In this document: positions 7,945 to 15,283 of the stretch, piece by piece
How positions within the stretch are numbered: position 1 is the first letter of the stretch
How the letters are laid out: every line of letters starts with the position of its first letter
IMG/VR virus record: IMGVR_UViG_3300044267_001409
Span: 1-34,097 of that record
DNA: 34,097 nt
Source: a virus
Lineage: Duplodnaviria; Caudoviricetes
Strand: one strand, 5' to 3'
Made by a program: the position numbers and the translations under genes
Notes under the pieces: generated by a model
What the model was told of the DNA's origin: nothing
The model's database searches: none
The model's input: the letters and a program-made list of their open reading frames with translations, nothing else

Positions 7945-8231
7945 TGAGTATCATCAAGAAACTCACTGTTACCACAGATGATGAGAGAGACCAGTGGATT
8001 GAAATGTTAAAACTAGCCAGTGATTATCATTATGATATGTCAGGTCAGTTTGCACCTGAGATTATGGGAGATACAGAAATGGAAGAAGTATCTCGCATAC
8101 ACAGAGCTTGGGGAAGAGCAATACAAGAAGCCGCTGACTTAATCAAACTTTGGGAAATAGAAGAGAATGATGATATTAAAACTCCAAGTGATACTAAACT
8201 AGTATACGACCAACTAAAGGATAAAGAATGA
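7944..8231 (+). CDS. Hypothetical acidic protein, 95 aa
   Basis: Coupled ORF (TAATG, ATGA). Confidence 0.8.
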   Translation: MSIIKKLTVTTDDERDQWIEMLKLASDYHYDMSGQFAPEIMGDTEMEEVSRIHRAWGRAIQEAADLIKLWEIEENDDIKTPSDTKLVYDQLKDKE

Positions 8232-10459
8232 AAGTTCCACTAATAGCAAGTATAAACAAACGCACAATAGATTTAAAAACTAAAAAACTGAAGGTCAAGA
8301 TGTATAGAAACGGTGAGGCTGAGGCTGTAGAGTCTCCGTTCACACCATACTTCTATACTGAGGACGACAATGGGGAGACAAAGAAGTTGATAGCGTCAGA
8401 TAAGACAGTTCAACTGAAAAAACACCTCTATATACCGGGAAAAGACCACATACCCACACACGCACTCTTTGATGGCGGAAGGGAAGCATTACTCGAAAGG
8501 TTATGTATAGAACATCCAACGTTCTTTGCAGATTATCCTAACGACAAAGATGTAAAATGCCTTGTGTTTGATATAGAAACACACTCCCCCGATGGAACCT
8601 TTCCTTTTGGAGAGAACTATCCAATCGTTGCCATTGGCATTGTAACTTCTACCGGAGAGCGCAAAGTGTTTTTGTGGGACAATGAGAAAGAAGATGATAG
8701 CAAACTATTATGGGACTTCGCAAATTATATACAAGACTATGACCCTGACATTATTACGGGGTGGAATCTTGTGGGGTATGATATTCCACAAATTCTCCAC
8801 AGGGTACGTTATAACCATATAAACGAAGCACAATATAAAAAACATCTCAACCGAGATGGGTCTTCATGGGGGTATGAACCTCCTAAAGACCAAAGAGAAC
8901 TTAAGATGAACGCTGGTGGTCGCATAGTTTTAGACCTGCTACGGTGGGCCAGATTGGATTATTCTTTATCAGGCTTACCACGTGGTCTCAAACAGGTATC
9001 TCAGGCATTTGGCCTGAATCCTATTGAGCTCGACTTTGCAGAGAAAAACCTACTCGATTACCCCCTACAAGAGATAGAAGACTACGTTCTGTCTGATGTG
9101 GACTGTACGATGTTTATGTATAACCACTACTTTCCACAAATACAATACGTAGCCGAGGTTCTATGTGTACCACTGGCCACCTATGTTAACGCCCCCAGTA
9201 GCTATATTACGAAAATATTGCAGGGGAGGAGCTTATTCGAGCAGGGCATAGTAGCGCTTAATCGAAACAAAGAGAGACACCCTGAGATATTTAGATTTGA
9301 TAAGGGTAACTATCAAGCTGCTCACATTGAACTGTATAGACAAGGTTATGAAGCTAAGAACTATAAAGTTGATTTCAGTTCTTACTACCCATCTATAGCT
9401 ATGGCTCTTAATTTAGGACCTGATACTACAAAGATTATAGGTTATGATGAATATAAACCAGACATAGAATTTAAGGATGGTATACTATATGTGCCGGATA
9501 ACAAAGTTAACAAGCGTTTGATGCTTAATATAGATATAGATAAGAAGAGCTGTTTATATACCATGTGTAACCAATTTAAAGAAATGCGAAAACCTTATAA
9601 ACTTGGGTCAACGAAGGAAGATAAGAGCAAATCTAATGCTCTTAAAATAATGGTGAATACTTTCTATGGTGCGAACGCTAATCCTTATATTAGTTACGGT
9701 GATATGGGCGTGGGGCTTACTATCACCGCAGTTGCCCGTTGGTTACTCTTATCGGGTGTCGACATCATCCGTTCACGGTATGGAAAAGATGCTGTGGTAT
9801 ATGTACATACTGATGGGATTAATACTAATGTTGACGTGGATGAACAGTGGTTAACTAATAGGTTACAGAAGCTATTAAAATACCATATGCCTTTCAGTGA
9901 ACCTGAACACATAACTATGGATAAAGATATATTCAAGGAAGGTGTGTGGATTCAAGTAGGTAATTATATATTACGTAATCTGGATGGTAGTGTTACAAAG
10001 CATGGAAGCACATTCAAATCAAAGAGCCGCTCTAGATTCTATAACAAGGTGTTAGATAAACTATCTGACGCGCGATTAAATAACACCGTTACAAATTCAT
10101 TTGTAGATAAACTATATGATTTGGATGAATATATATTAGAAGATTTTATCATGCGCAGGTCTACTAATAGAGGATACGATGATTATAAATCAAACACCGA
10201 CTTAACAGTCCAGTTGATGAATCTTGGTAAACAGATAGGAATGGAACCAGCAGAGGGAACTACATACTTCTACGCTAAAACCAAAGAAGGTTATAGATTA
10301 AAAGAACAGATTAAATCTATAGATGAAATAGACATCACCTACTATTGGGATACAATATCTAACCTACTTACTAAATTTGGTTTGAAAGATTATGTTAAAA
10401 AGAAACCACCATTAACAATGTTAGATAAAAAACAACAATCATTAGCAGAGTGGATATGA
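8228..10459 (+). CDS. polB: Family B DNA polymerase with 3'-5' exonuclease
   Basis: ExoI FDIET, ExoII GWN..GYD, ExoIII Y..SD; motif A DFSSYYPS, B K..VNTFYG, C YVHTDG. Confidence 0.96.
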   Translation: MKVPLIASINKRTIDLKTKKLKVKMYRNGEAEAVESPFTPYFYTEDDNGETKKLIASDKTVQLKKHLYIPGKDHIPTHALFDGGREALLERLCIEHPTFFADYPNDKDVKCLVFDIETHSPDGTFPFGENYPIVAIGIVTSTGERKVFLWDNEKEDDSKLLWDFANYIQDYDPDIITGWNLVGYDIPQILHRVRYNHINEAQYKKHLNRDGSSWGYEPPKDQRELKMNAGGRIVLDLLRWARLDYSLSGLPRGLKQVSQAFGLNPIELDFAEKNLLDYPLQEIEDYVLSDVDCTMFMYNHYFPQIQYVAEVLCVPLATYVNAPSSYITKILQGRSLFEQGIVALNRNKERHPEIFRFDKGNYQAAHIELYRQGYEAKNYKVDFSSYYPSIAMALNLGPDTTKIIGYDEYKPDIEFKDGILYVPDNKVNKRLMLNIDIDKKSCLYTMCNQFKEMRKPYKLGSTKEDKSKSNALKIMVNTFYGANANPYISYGDMGVGLTITAVARWLLLSGVDIIRSRYGKDAVVYVHTDGINTNVDVDEQWLTNRLQKLLKYHMPFSEPEHITMDKDIFKEGVWIQVGNYILRNLDGSVTKHGSTFKSKSRSRFYNKVLDKLSDARLNNTVTNSFVDKLYDLDEYILEDFIMRRSTNRGYDDYKSNTDLTVQLMNLGKQIGMEPAEGTTYFYAKTKEGYRLKEQIKSIDEIDITYYWDTISNLLTKFGLKDYVKKKPPLTMLDKKQQSLAEWI

Positions 10460-10464
10460 TGGGA

Positions 10465-10478
10465 CAAACTTTATATAC
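10465..10478 (+). promoter_or_regulatory. Archaeal-type BRE-TATA promoter (CAAACTTTATATAC)
   Basis: Shared motif immediately after the polB stop. Confidence 0.72.
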
Positions 10479-10500
10479 TATGTTGAAATATAATATAAAT

Positions 10501-10523
10501 AGGACAGCACGTGTGCTGCTCCT
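10501..10523 (+). promoter_or_regulatory. 5'-leader stem-loop (AGGA-CAGCA-CGTG-TGCTG-C-TCCT)
   Basis: Inverted repeat starting 24 nt after the end of the TATA box. Confidence 0.55.
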
Positions 10524-10544
10524 CCCCATCAGGGTAGTGATAAA

Positions 10545-10739
10545 ATGGATGAAAAGGAAATTAAACCGTTGTCGGCATTTTTGTCGGACGCAGAAGTCAA
10601 AGTGGTTTGGCGGGAAGAAGAAAGAACAAAGGTAGGTAGAGGAATGATTACAAATGATGATGAGAATTTTGTATACCTTACTGGAGATAAGGGAACTGTT
10701 ATTGTTAATAAGAGAGACATTATAGCTATAAAACAATAG
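10545..10739 (+). CDS. Sm/Lsm-like (Hfq-fold) small protein, 64 aa
   Basis: V.V.W......G.I...DE.FV.L.......IVNK.DI.AI beta-strand pattern. Confidence 0.55.
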   Translation: MDEKEIKPLSAFLSDAEVKVVWREEERTKVGRGMITNDDENFVYLTGDKGTVIVNKRDIIAIKQ

Positions 10740-10749
10740 GAGAAATAAA

Positions 10750-12243
10750 ATGGCAGAATACGCAAGAAACGACGCAGAGACAGTCGGAAGAAATGAAATG
10801 GATTTAGATTTTAATACACCTAAAAAAGGTAAAACTAGACTTATGTTAGTATCTGATAGCCCATGGGCACCAACAGGTTTTGGTACCAATACTAAAAATA
10901 TAGGAGCTATCTTACATAATGAAGGACATCATATAATTTATGGTGGATGTCAAAACCCAACACATAGTAAATGGACTACACCTTGGCCGTTAGGTCAGAC
11001 TGAGAAAAGAGCAGTATTTGAACTACTCCCTCTCATGTTTCCCGGTCAAGAAAGGTTTGGTGAAAAATCTTTTCCAGAGTGGATAAAAAGAAGTCAACCT
11101 CAAATAGTATTAGGACATCTTGATTTTCAAATGTTTAAACATATGACTGATGCTAAGGCACCAACTCATATTCAAATACCTATTATCAATCCTAAAACAG
11201 GTAAACAGTTTACTCGTAAAGAGAGACAAGATATGGTTAATAAAGCTTATACTAGTTTAGCCAAGGGGCCTAACTGGAAGTTAGGAGTTATAATACCATA
11301 CGATGGAGAACCATCTGTACCTCAATGGGGTGACCAGATAAAAGCTGTTGATTACGGGGTGGCTATGTCACGTTATGGTCAACAAGGTTTACTAAAGGAC
11401 TTTGGTGTTGAAACTACTTATATACCTCACGGGGTGGATACAGGTTTATTTAAACCAATGGTGGCACCAAAATATGGTAAGTATGAAAAACCAAACGCAT
11501 TCGTAGTGGGGTGTGTAGCACGTAACCAACACAGAAAAAATATACCACGTCTAATAAAAGGTTTTGCTCAGTTCGTACAAAAGAATAATCTCAGTCCAGA
11601 AGAGTGTAAACTCTTATTACATATGGACTGGAATGACAATATGGGTTGGAAAATAGAAGATTTTTCAAAACAATATGGAGTATTTGAATATTTGATGCCT
11701 CCTTTGATGGGGGTATTGGATGCAGGTGAAGCACTAAGTGAAGAAGGTATGGCTCAATTATATAATTGTATGGATATGTTTGTATTACCTACAGCTGGAG
11801 AAGGCTTTGGTATACCTACACTAGAAGCTATGTCTTGTGGGATTCCTATATGTGCTACCAACTATACCACATCATATGAATTAATTAAATGTGAGGATGC
11901 AGGTAATGAAGATGTACCTATGTATCCTGTGGGTGGTCATCATAGAGATGCGTCTCCTAACGGTAGAGACCATTTAGAACCAGAAGATTTCTGTGAGAGG
12001 GGTATATTACTACCATATAAAGATATGTGGTGGGATACACCTGTAAGAGCAGCACCTCAGAGAGCTATCTGTAGTGAAAATGCTATCTGTGAAGCTATAC
12101 AGTATTACTATGATAACCCTGATAAAAAGTTAGCTGCTGGTAAAGCAGGGAGAAAACACGCACTCGAATACTATAGCTGGGATGTTATAGGTAAGAAATG
12201 GATAGAGTGGATAAATAATATAACAAAGGAAATAAAGAAATGA
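10750..12243 (+). CDS. GT-B fold glycosyltransferase, GT4-like
   Basis: SDSP...TGFG, IPHGVD...F.P, RNQ.RKN..RLI, EGFGIPTLEAMSCG.P, YSWD. Confidence 0.93.
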   Translation: MAEYARNDAETVGRNEMDLDFNTPKKGKTRLMLVSDSPWAPTGFGTNTKNIGAILHNEGHHIIYGGCQNPTHSKWTTPWPLGQTEKRAVFELLPLMFPGQERFGEKSFPEWIKRSQPQIVLGHLDFQMFKHMTDAKAPTHIQIPIINPKTGKQFTRKERQDMVNKAYTSLAKGPNWKLGVIIPYDGEPSVPQWGDQIKAVDYGVAMSRYGQQGLLKDFGVETTYIPHGVDTGLFKPMVAPKYGKYEKPNAFVVGCVARNQHRKNIPRLIKGFAQFVQKNNLSPEECKLLLHMDWNDNMGWKIEDFSKQYGVFEYLMPPLMGVLDAGEALSEEGMAQLYNCMDMFVLPTAGEGFGIPTLEAMSCGIPICATNYTTSYELIKCEDAGNEDVPMYPVGGHHRDASPNGRDHLEPEDFCERGILLPYKDMWWDTPVRAAPQRAICSENAICEAIQYYYDNPDKKLAAGKAGRKHALEYYSWDVIGKKWIEWINNITKEIKK

Positions 12244-12599
12244 ATTTAGTATTTGGAATGGATGGAGTCATATGCACTCCATGTAAGAGCTACGATGAAG
12301 TAGAAAGGGCAAAACCTTTAACTAATGTAAAAGAATTTATAACATGGTTAATGAAGAAAGAACATCATATTACTATATGGTGTAAGAGACCTAACTCATT
12401 AGATTGGGTTATGGCTACAAAGGAATGGTTAGCAGATAATCAAATCCCATATGATAGGTTGTTGTTCGATAGACCCTATAATCCTGTTATGGTTTCAGAA
12501 GCACCACCCAATGCTAAATATTATAAACATGACCAAGACTTAAATATAGTCGCAGATTTGTTTGAAGAATGGAAGGAGGCGATTACACGTGACGTATAA
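12240..12599 (+). CDS. HAD-superfamily phosphatase-like protein lacking the nucleophile Asp
   Basis: LVFGMDGVI (usually xFDxDGxI), H.I.IW..R, T.EWL..N.IPYD.L.F..P. Confidence 0.7.
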   Translation: MNLVFGMDGVICTPCKSYDEVERAKPLTNVKEFITWLMKKEHHITIWCKRPNSLDWVMATKEWLADNQIPYDRLLFDRPYNPVMVSEAPPNAKYYKHDQDLNIVADLFEEWKEAITRDV

Positions 12600-12972
12600 A
12601 AAAGGAGACAAAGTTTTACAAAACAATGTTGATAGGAAAGGAGAGACGTTAGGTAGTGTTGGTCCATTTGTAAAGATTACATGGAATGATGCAGCCAGTA
12701 CATTTAAGCAGTATAAAATTAATGCCGATAATCCATCAGAACATCTTACAGTATGTGAGACTGTTGGTGAATTAGTTGCGAAAGATGACAAGGCAGTAGT
12801 TGTTATAATGCACGGCTCACAATGTGATGGTTGTGATATTATGGCTATACCACGAGATTGGTGCCAACAAATAGAAGTAATGGAGATAGTAGGAGAATGT
12901 ATTTCAGAGAGTTCGGAATCCCAGCAAGAATTGCCCGATGTTATAACGTCGAGCAACTCGAAGAAAGAATAG
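12589..12972 (+). CDS. Uncharacterised phage beta-barrel protein
   Basis: V.I.W.DA...C.TVG.LV..D...V.V...IP..W; GTG start after AAGGAGG. Confidence 0.65.
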   Translation: MTYKKGDKVLQNNVDRKGETLGSVGPFVKITWNDAASTFKQYKINADNPSEHLTVCETVGELVAKDDKAVVVIMHGSQCDGCDIMAIPRDWCQQIEVMEIVGECISESSESQQELPDVITSSNSKKE

Positions 12973-13964
12973 AAGAGTTTAACGGTAAGAAGAACTGTTA
13001 TACTAGTGTGTATGTGTTTGATGATACACAGGACAAAGAAGAACGTAAAACAGATTATGACTCTGCTGTACTCAATACCATATGGTTTGATTTTGATGAT
13101 GATAAGGATGTAAAAAAATGTTTAATGGATATAAGAAGATTTATAAGGCAGTACTGCAAACCCAACGGAATTATCCCACGGATATATCTTACAGGGGGCA
13201 AGGGCTTTCAAATGAATATCGACCTCTACTCCCACGTGGACTTGTCGGATACTATGAAAAGAGACATGCTAAGAAATTACTTGACCTTTATAAAAAACAA
13301 ATTCAAACTCAAGACTCTTGACCAAGCCTGTATTAATAATAGTGTGGCTTGTTTAAGGAGAATACCTAACACACAATACATATCTAAGATAGAAGGAACA
13401 CCAACTGGGGTGTGGTGTACACAATTCTCAGTTCAGGAGATTATGAAACTTACTATTGAAGAACTGTATGGTATGGCTATGGGACCACGAACTGAGGACT
13501 TTGAGTCTACTAAAAGTAAAAAGGCTTATAGACATTTTGTTGAATTTATGTGTGATGAAAGAGATATAGAGCATAATGTATCATTAAGCGTTAATTACCT
13601 CTTAGATAAACTAAACAATATAAGCCCTATTAAGCATAGCTCTATACAGCATGATTATATAATGCCCTTAAGGGGGTGTATAACAGAGCTAATAGAGCGT
13701 AACATAGAGCGTGGACATAGCAGCCACGAGGAAAATAAAATAATTGGTATGGAGTTAATCAATGCAGGATACTCCAACCGTGACATTCATTTTATATTCG
13801 AGAGTATCTATAACGAGCCCGGCCGAGACTGGGGTTGGTATACTAATGACCCCGACAAAGCTGGTCATATCATAAACAACATGAGAGAGAAAGCTTTAAA
13901 TAGATATTCAAAGGATAAGTTAATACAAATGAAAGTATGTGCAGGTGAATGTACCTGTCCATAG
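12897..13964 (+). CDS. Archaeo-eukaryotic primase; catalytic PriS domain fused to a PriL-CTD-like domain
   Basis: REF, Y.SVY.F, WFDFD, TGGKGF, RRIPNT; C-terminal GC...H....G.S...F...C...C.C resembles the PriL Fe-S domain. Confidence 0.85.
   Translation: MYFREFGIPARIARCYNVEQLEERIEEFNGKKNCYTSVYVFDDTQDKEERKTDYDSAVLNTIWFDFDDDKDVKKCLMDIRRFIRQYCKPNGIIPRIYLTGGKGFQMNIDLYSHVDLSDTMKRDMLRNYLTFIKNKFKLKTLDQACINNSVACLRRIPNTQYISKIEGTPTGVWCTQFSVQEIMKLTIEELYGMAMGPRTEDFESTKSKKAYRHFVEFMCDERDIEHNVSLSVNYLLDKLNNISPIKHSSIQHDYIMPLRGCITELIERNIERGHSSHEENKIIGMELINAGYSNRDIHFIFESIYNEPGRDWGWYTNDPDKAGHIINNMREKALNRYSKDKLIQMKVCAGECTCP
13565..13712. repeat. Cluster of ATAGAGC-type short repeats inside the primase gene
   Basis: TATAGAGC 13565, inverted GCTCTATA 13639, ACAGAGC 13683, ATAGAGCGT 13692 and 13704, variant GCCCTAT 13624. 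Confidence 0.5.
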
Positions 13965-13974
13965 GAGAAATAAA

Positions 13975-14346
13975 ATGGTAACATTGAAAAGACTAGAGAA
14001 ACGTATGAACGAAGTAGAAGCTTGGGTGAAGGATTTTAACAACAGTCAAGGTCCTAAACAAACAATGGATAATTTGAATTGGTTAGTAGGTCAGACCAGA
14101 CAACTGGGAGACAGACTACAACAAACTGAAGAACAGGCTATGGGAATGCAAAATGCTTTACAGCAGAATTCTCAAATAGTTCAAACCTTCATGGAACAAA
14201 ACGAATTAGTTCATGATTGGCAAGCATATGTAGAAGAACTACAAAAGGAGGCTAACGAGAATGCCGTTCAAGAGTCAGAAACAGAGAGCATGGATGCACA
14301 AGAACAAGCCGAAGATGGCGAAGAAATGGGAGAAGGAGACGCCTAA
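13975..14346 (+). CDS. Coiled-coil Q/E-rich hypothetical protein
   Basis: AGGAG SD before ATG 13975. Confidence 0.8.
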   Translation: MVTLKRLEKRMNEVEAWVKDFNNSQGPKQTMDNLNWLVGQTRQLGDRLQQTEEQAMGMQNALQQNSQIVQTFMEQNELVHDWQAYVEELQKEANENAVQESETESMDAQEQAEDGEEMGEGDA

Positions 14347-14422
14347 AGGCTCCAAACTTCCAAAGAAAGTCAAACGTAAGGCTAAAAAGAAAGCAACGAA
14401 ACGCAAATATAAACGTAAGTAA
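14261..14422 (+). CDS. 53-aa very basic protein (MPFKSQKQRAWMHKNKPKMAKKWEKETPKGSKLPKKVKRKAKKKATKRKYKRK)
   Basis: AAGGAGG SD; the MPFKS..Q..WM....P.MAK.WE.ETP motif resembles a recurrent small phage protein family; overprints the upstream gene by 86 nt. Confidence 0.8.
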   Translation: MPFKSQKQRAWMHKNKPKMAKKWEKETPKGSKLPKKVKRKAKKKATKRKYKRK

Positions 14423-14453
14423 TATTGGCAAAGATAAAACAAGGTGAAATATT

Positions 14454-14795
14454 ATGGCAGTAATAACTATAACAGTAGACGGAAATGCCGGATGTAAAGC
14501 AGACGTATACGTAGCACGCTACGAAGTCTATCCTAATACAGACCCAACTGGGGTATGTGTAGGATTTAGAGCTGTATGCAGTCCGAATGGTCTGTCTGGA
14601 TATTGGGACACTGTTGTCCCTAACGCAGATATCAAAGAAGGTGACTCACCTAATGATATAGCAGGATACGCATGGAATGGGGTTACCGATTCCATTACCG
14701 GTCTATCAGGAACTATTGTTCCGTGGGCTGAGACAGAAATGGTTAAGAGCACAATCATTGGTGAAGAATTCGCTAAGATTGAGGAGTCTGGTTAA
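14454..14795 (+). CDS. Hypothetical beta-rich acidic protein, 113 aa
   Basis: GGTGA SD. Confidence 0.8.
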   Translation: MAVITITVDGNAGCKADVYVARYEVYPNTDPTGVCVGFRAVCSPNGLSGYWDTVVPNADIKEGDSPNDIAGYAWNGVTDSITGLSGTIVPWAETEMVKSTIIGEEFAKIEESG

Positions 14796-14797
14796 TC

Positions 14798-14848
14798 ATG
14801 TGCTGTAAAGAAGGATGTGAGTGCACAGATTGTTGCACGGAGGATTAA
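14798..14848 (+). CDS. 16-aa metallothionein-like peptide (MCCKEGCECTDCCTED)
   Basis: 6 Cys in 16 aa; GAGGAG upstream; fills the gap between flanking genes with 2-nt spacers. Confidence 0.55.
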   Translation: MCCKEGCECTDCCTED

Positions 14849-14850
14849 TT

Positions 14851-15015
14851 ATGGCTAAGAAAGAAGCAAAAAAATTAGATAAAATAGTTGAAGAAGCTAA
14901 AGAAGAAGGAATTAAAGCTGAGGTCGTAAGTGACAAAGACTATGAAGTTCGAAGAGAACCAAGTGGTAAATTAGTACATGTTTACAAAGATGGTCGTGTA
15001 CTACCAGCACATTGA
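14851..15015 (+). CDS. Hypothetical charged protein, 54 aa
   Basis: GGAGG SD before ATG 14851. Confidence 0.75.
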   Translation: MAKKEAKKLDKIVEEAKEEGIKAEVVSDKDYEVRREPSGKLVHVYKDGRVLPAH

Positions 15016-15023
15016 GGAAAACT

Positions 15024-15140
15024 ATGGCAGCAAAAAAGAAAACAACAAAGAAAGCACCAAAACTTTTATGCCCCGATGAGGATGGCATAAAATGTTTACC
15101 ATGCAGAGGTGGGAGTCCCCAACTCTGTATAGCTTTATAG
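15024..15140 (+). CDS. 38-aa basic, 4-Cys microprotein (MAAKKKTTKKAPKLLCPDEDGIKCLPCRGGSPQLCIAL)
   Basis: GAGGA SD; C-x7-CxxC-x7-C. Confidence 0.65.
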   Translation: MAAKKKTTKKAPKLLCPDEDGIKCLPCRGGSPQLCIAL

Positions 15141-15233
15141 ATGGGGTTATTAACAACCTCGTCGCGCTGTAAGTGTAAGGAAGATGAGCCTTGCACTTGC
15201 GGCAAACGAGTTTTAATTGATTACAAAGCATAA
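15141..15233 (+). CDS. 30-aa CxC...CxC microprotein (MGLLTTSSRCKCKEDEPCTCGKRVLIDYKA)
   Basis: ATG abuts the previous TAG; metallothionein-like Cys spacing. Confidence 0.55.
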   Translation: MGLLTTSSRCKCKEDEPCTCGKRVLIDYKA

Positions 15234-15283
15234 CTATTTATAGTCAAGAAAACTAAAGTAATGGACCGCATTGGAGTGGTAAA

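Noticed and set aside
10450-10635. 61-aa + ORF overlapping the polB end
   Set aside because: Runs across the promoter and leader hairpin and overlaps the better-supported Sm-like ORF
15126-15140. C-terminal CIAL plus polybasic N-terminus resembling a CaaX prenylation signal, tempting given the isoprenoid synthase
   Set aside because: CaaX prenyltransferases are eukaryotic; the Cys is better explained as a fourth metal ligand
78-15231. Minus-strand ORFs in the left arm (e.g. 6006-6419, 10395-10889, 12540-12956, 14912-15205)
   Set aside because: Antisense shadows of well-supported + genes; no SD or recognisable motifs
15232-15244. TATA-like AACTATTTATAGT upstream of nrdJ
   Set aside because: Plausible promoter but deviates from the four-copy consensus; too weak to list
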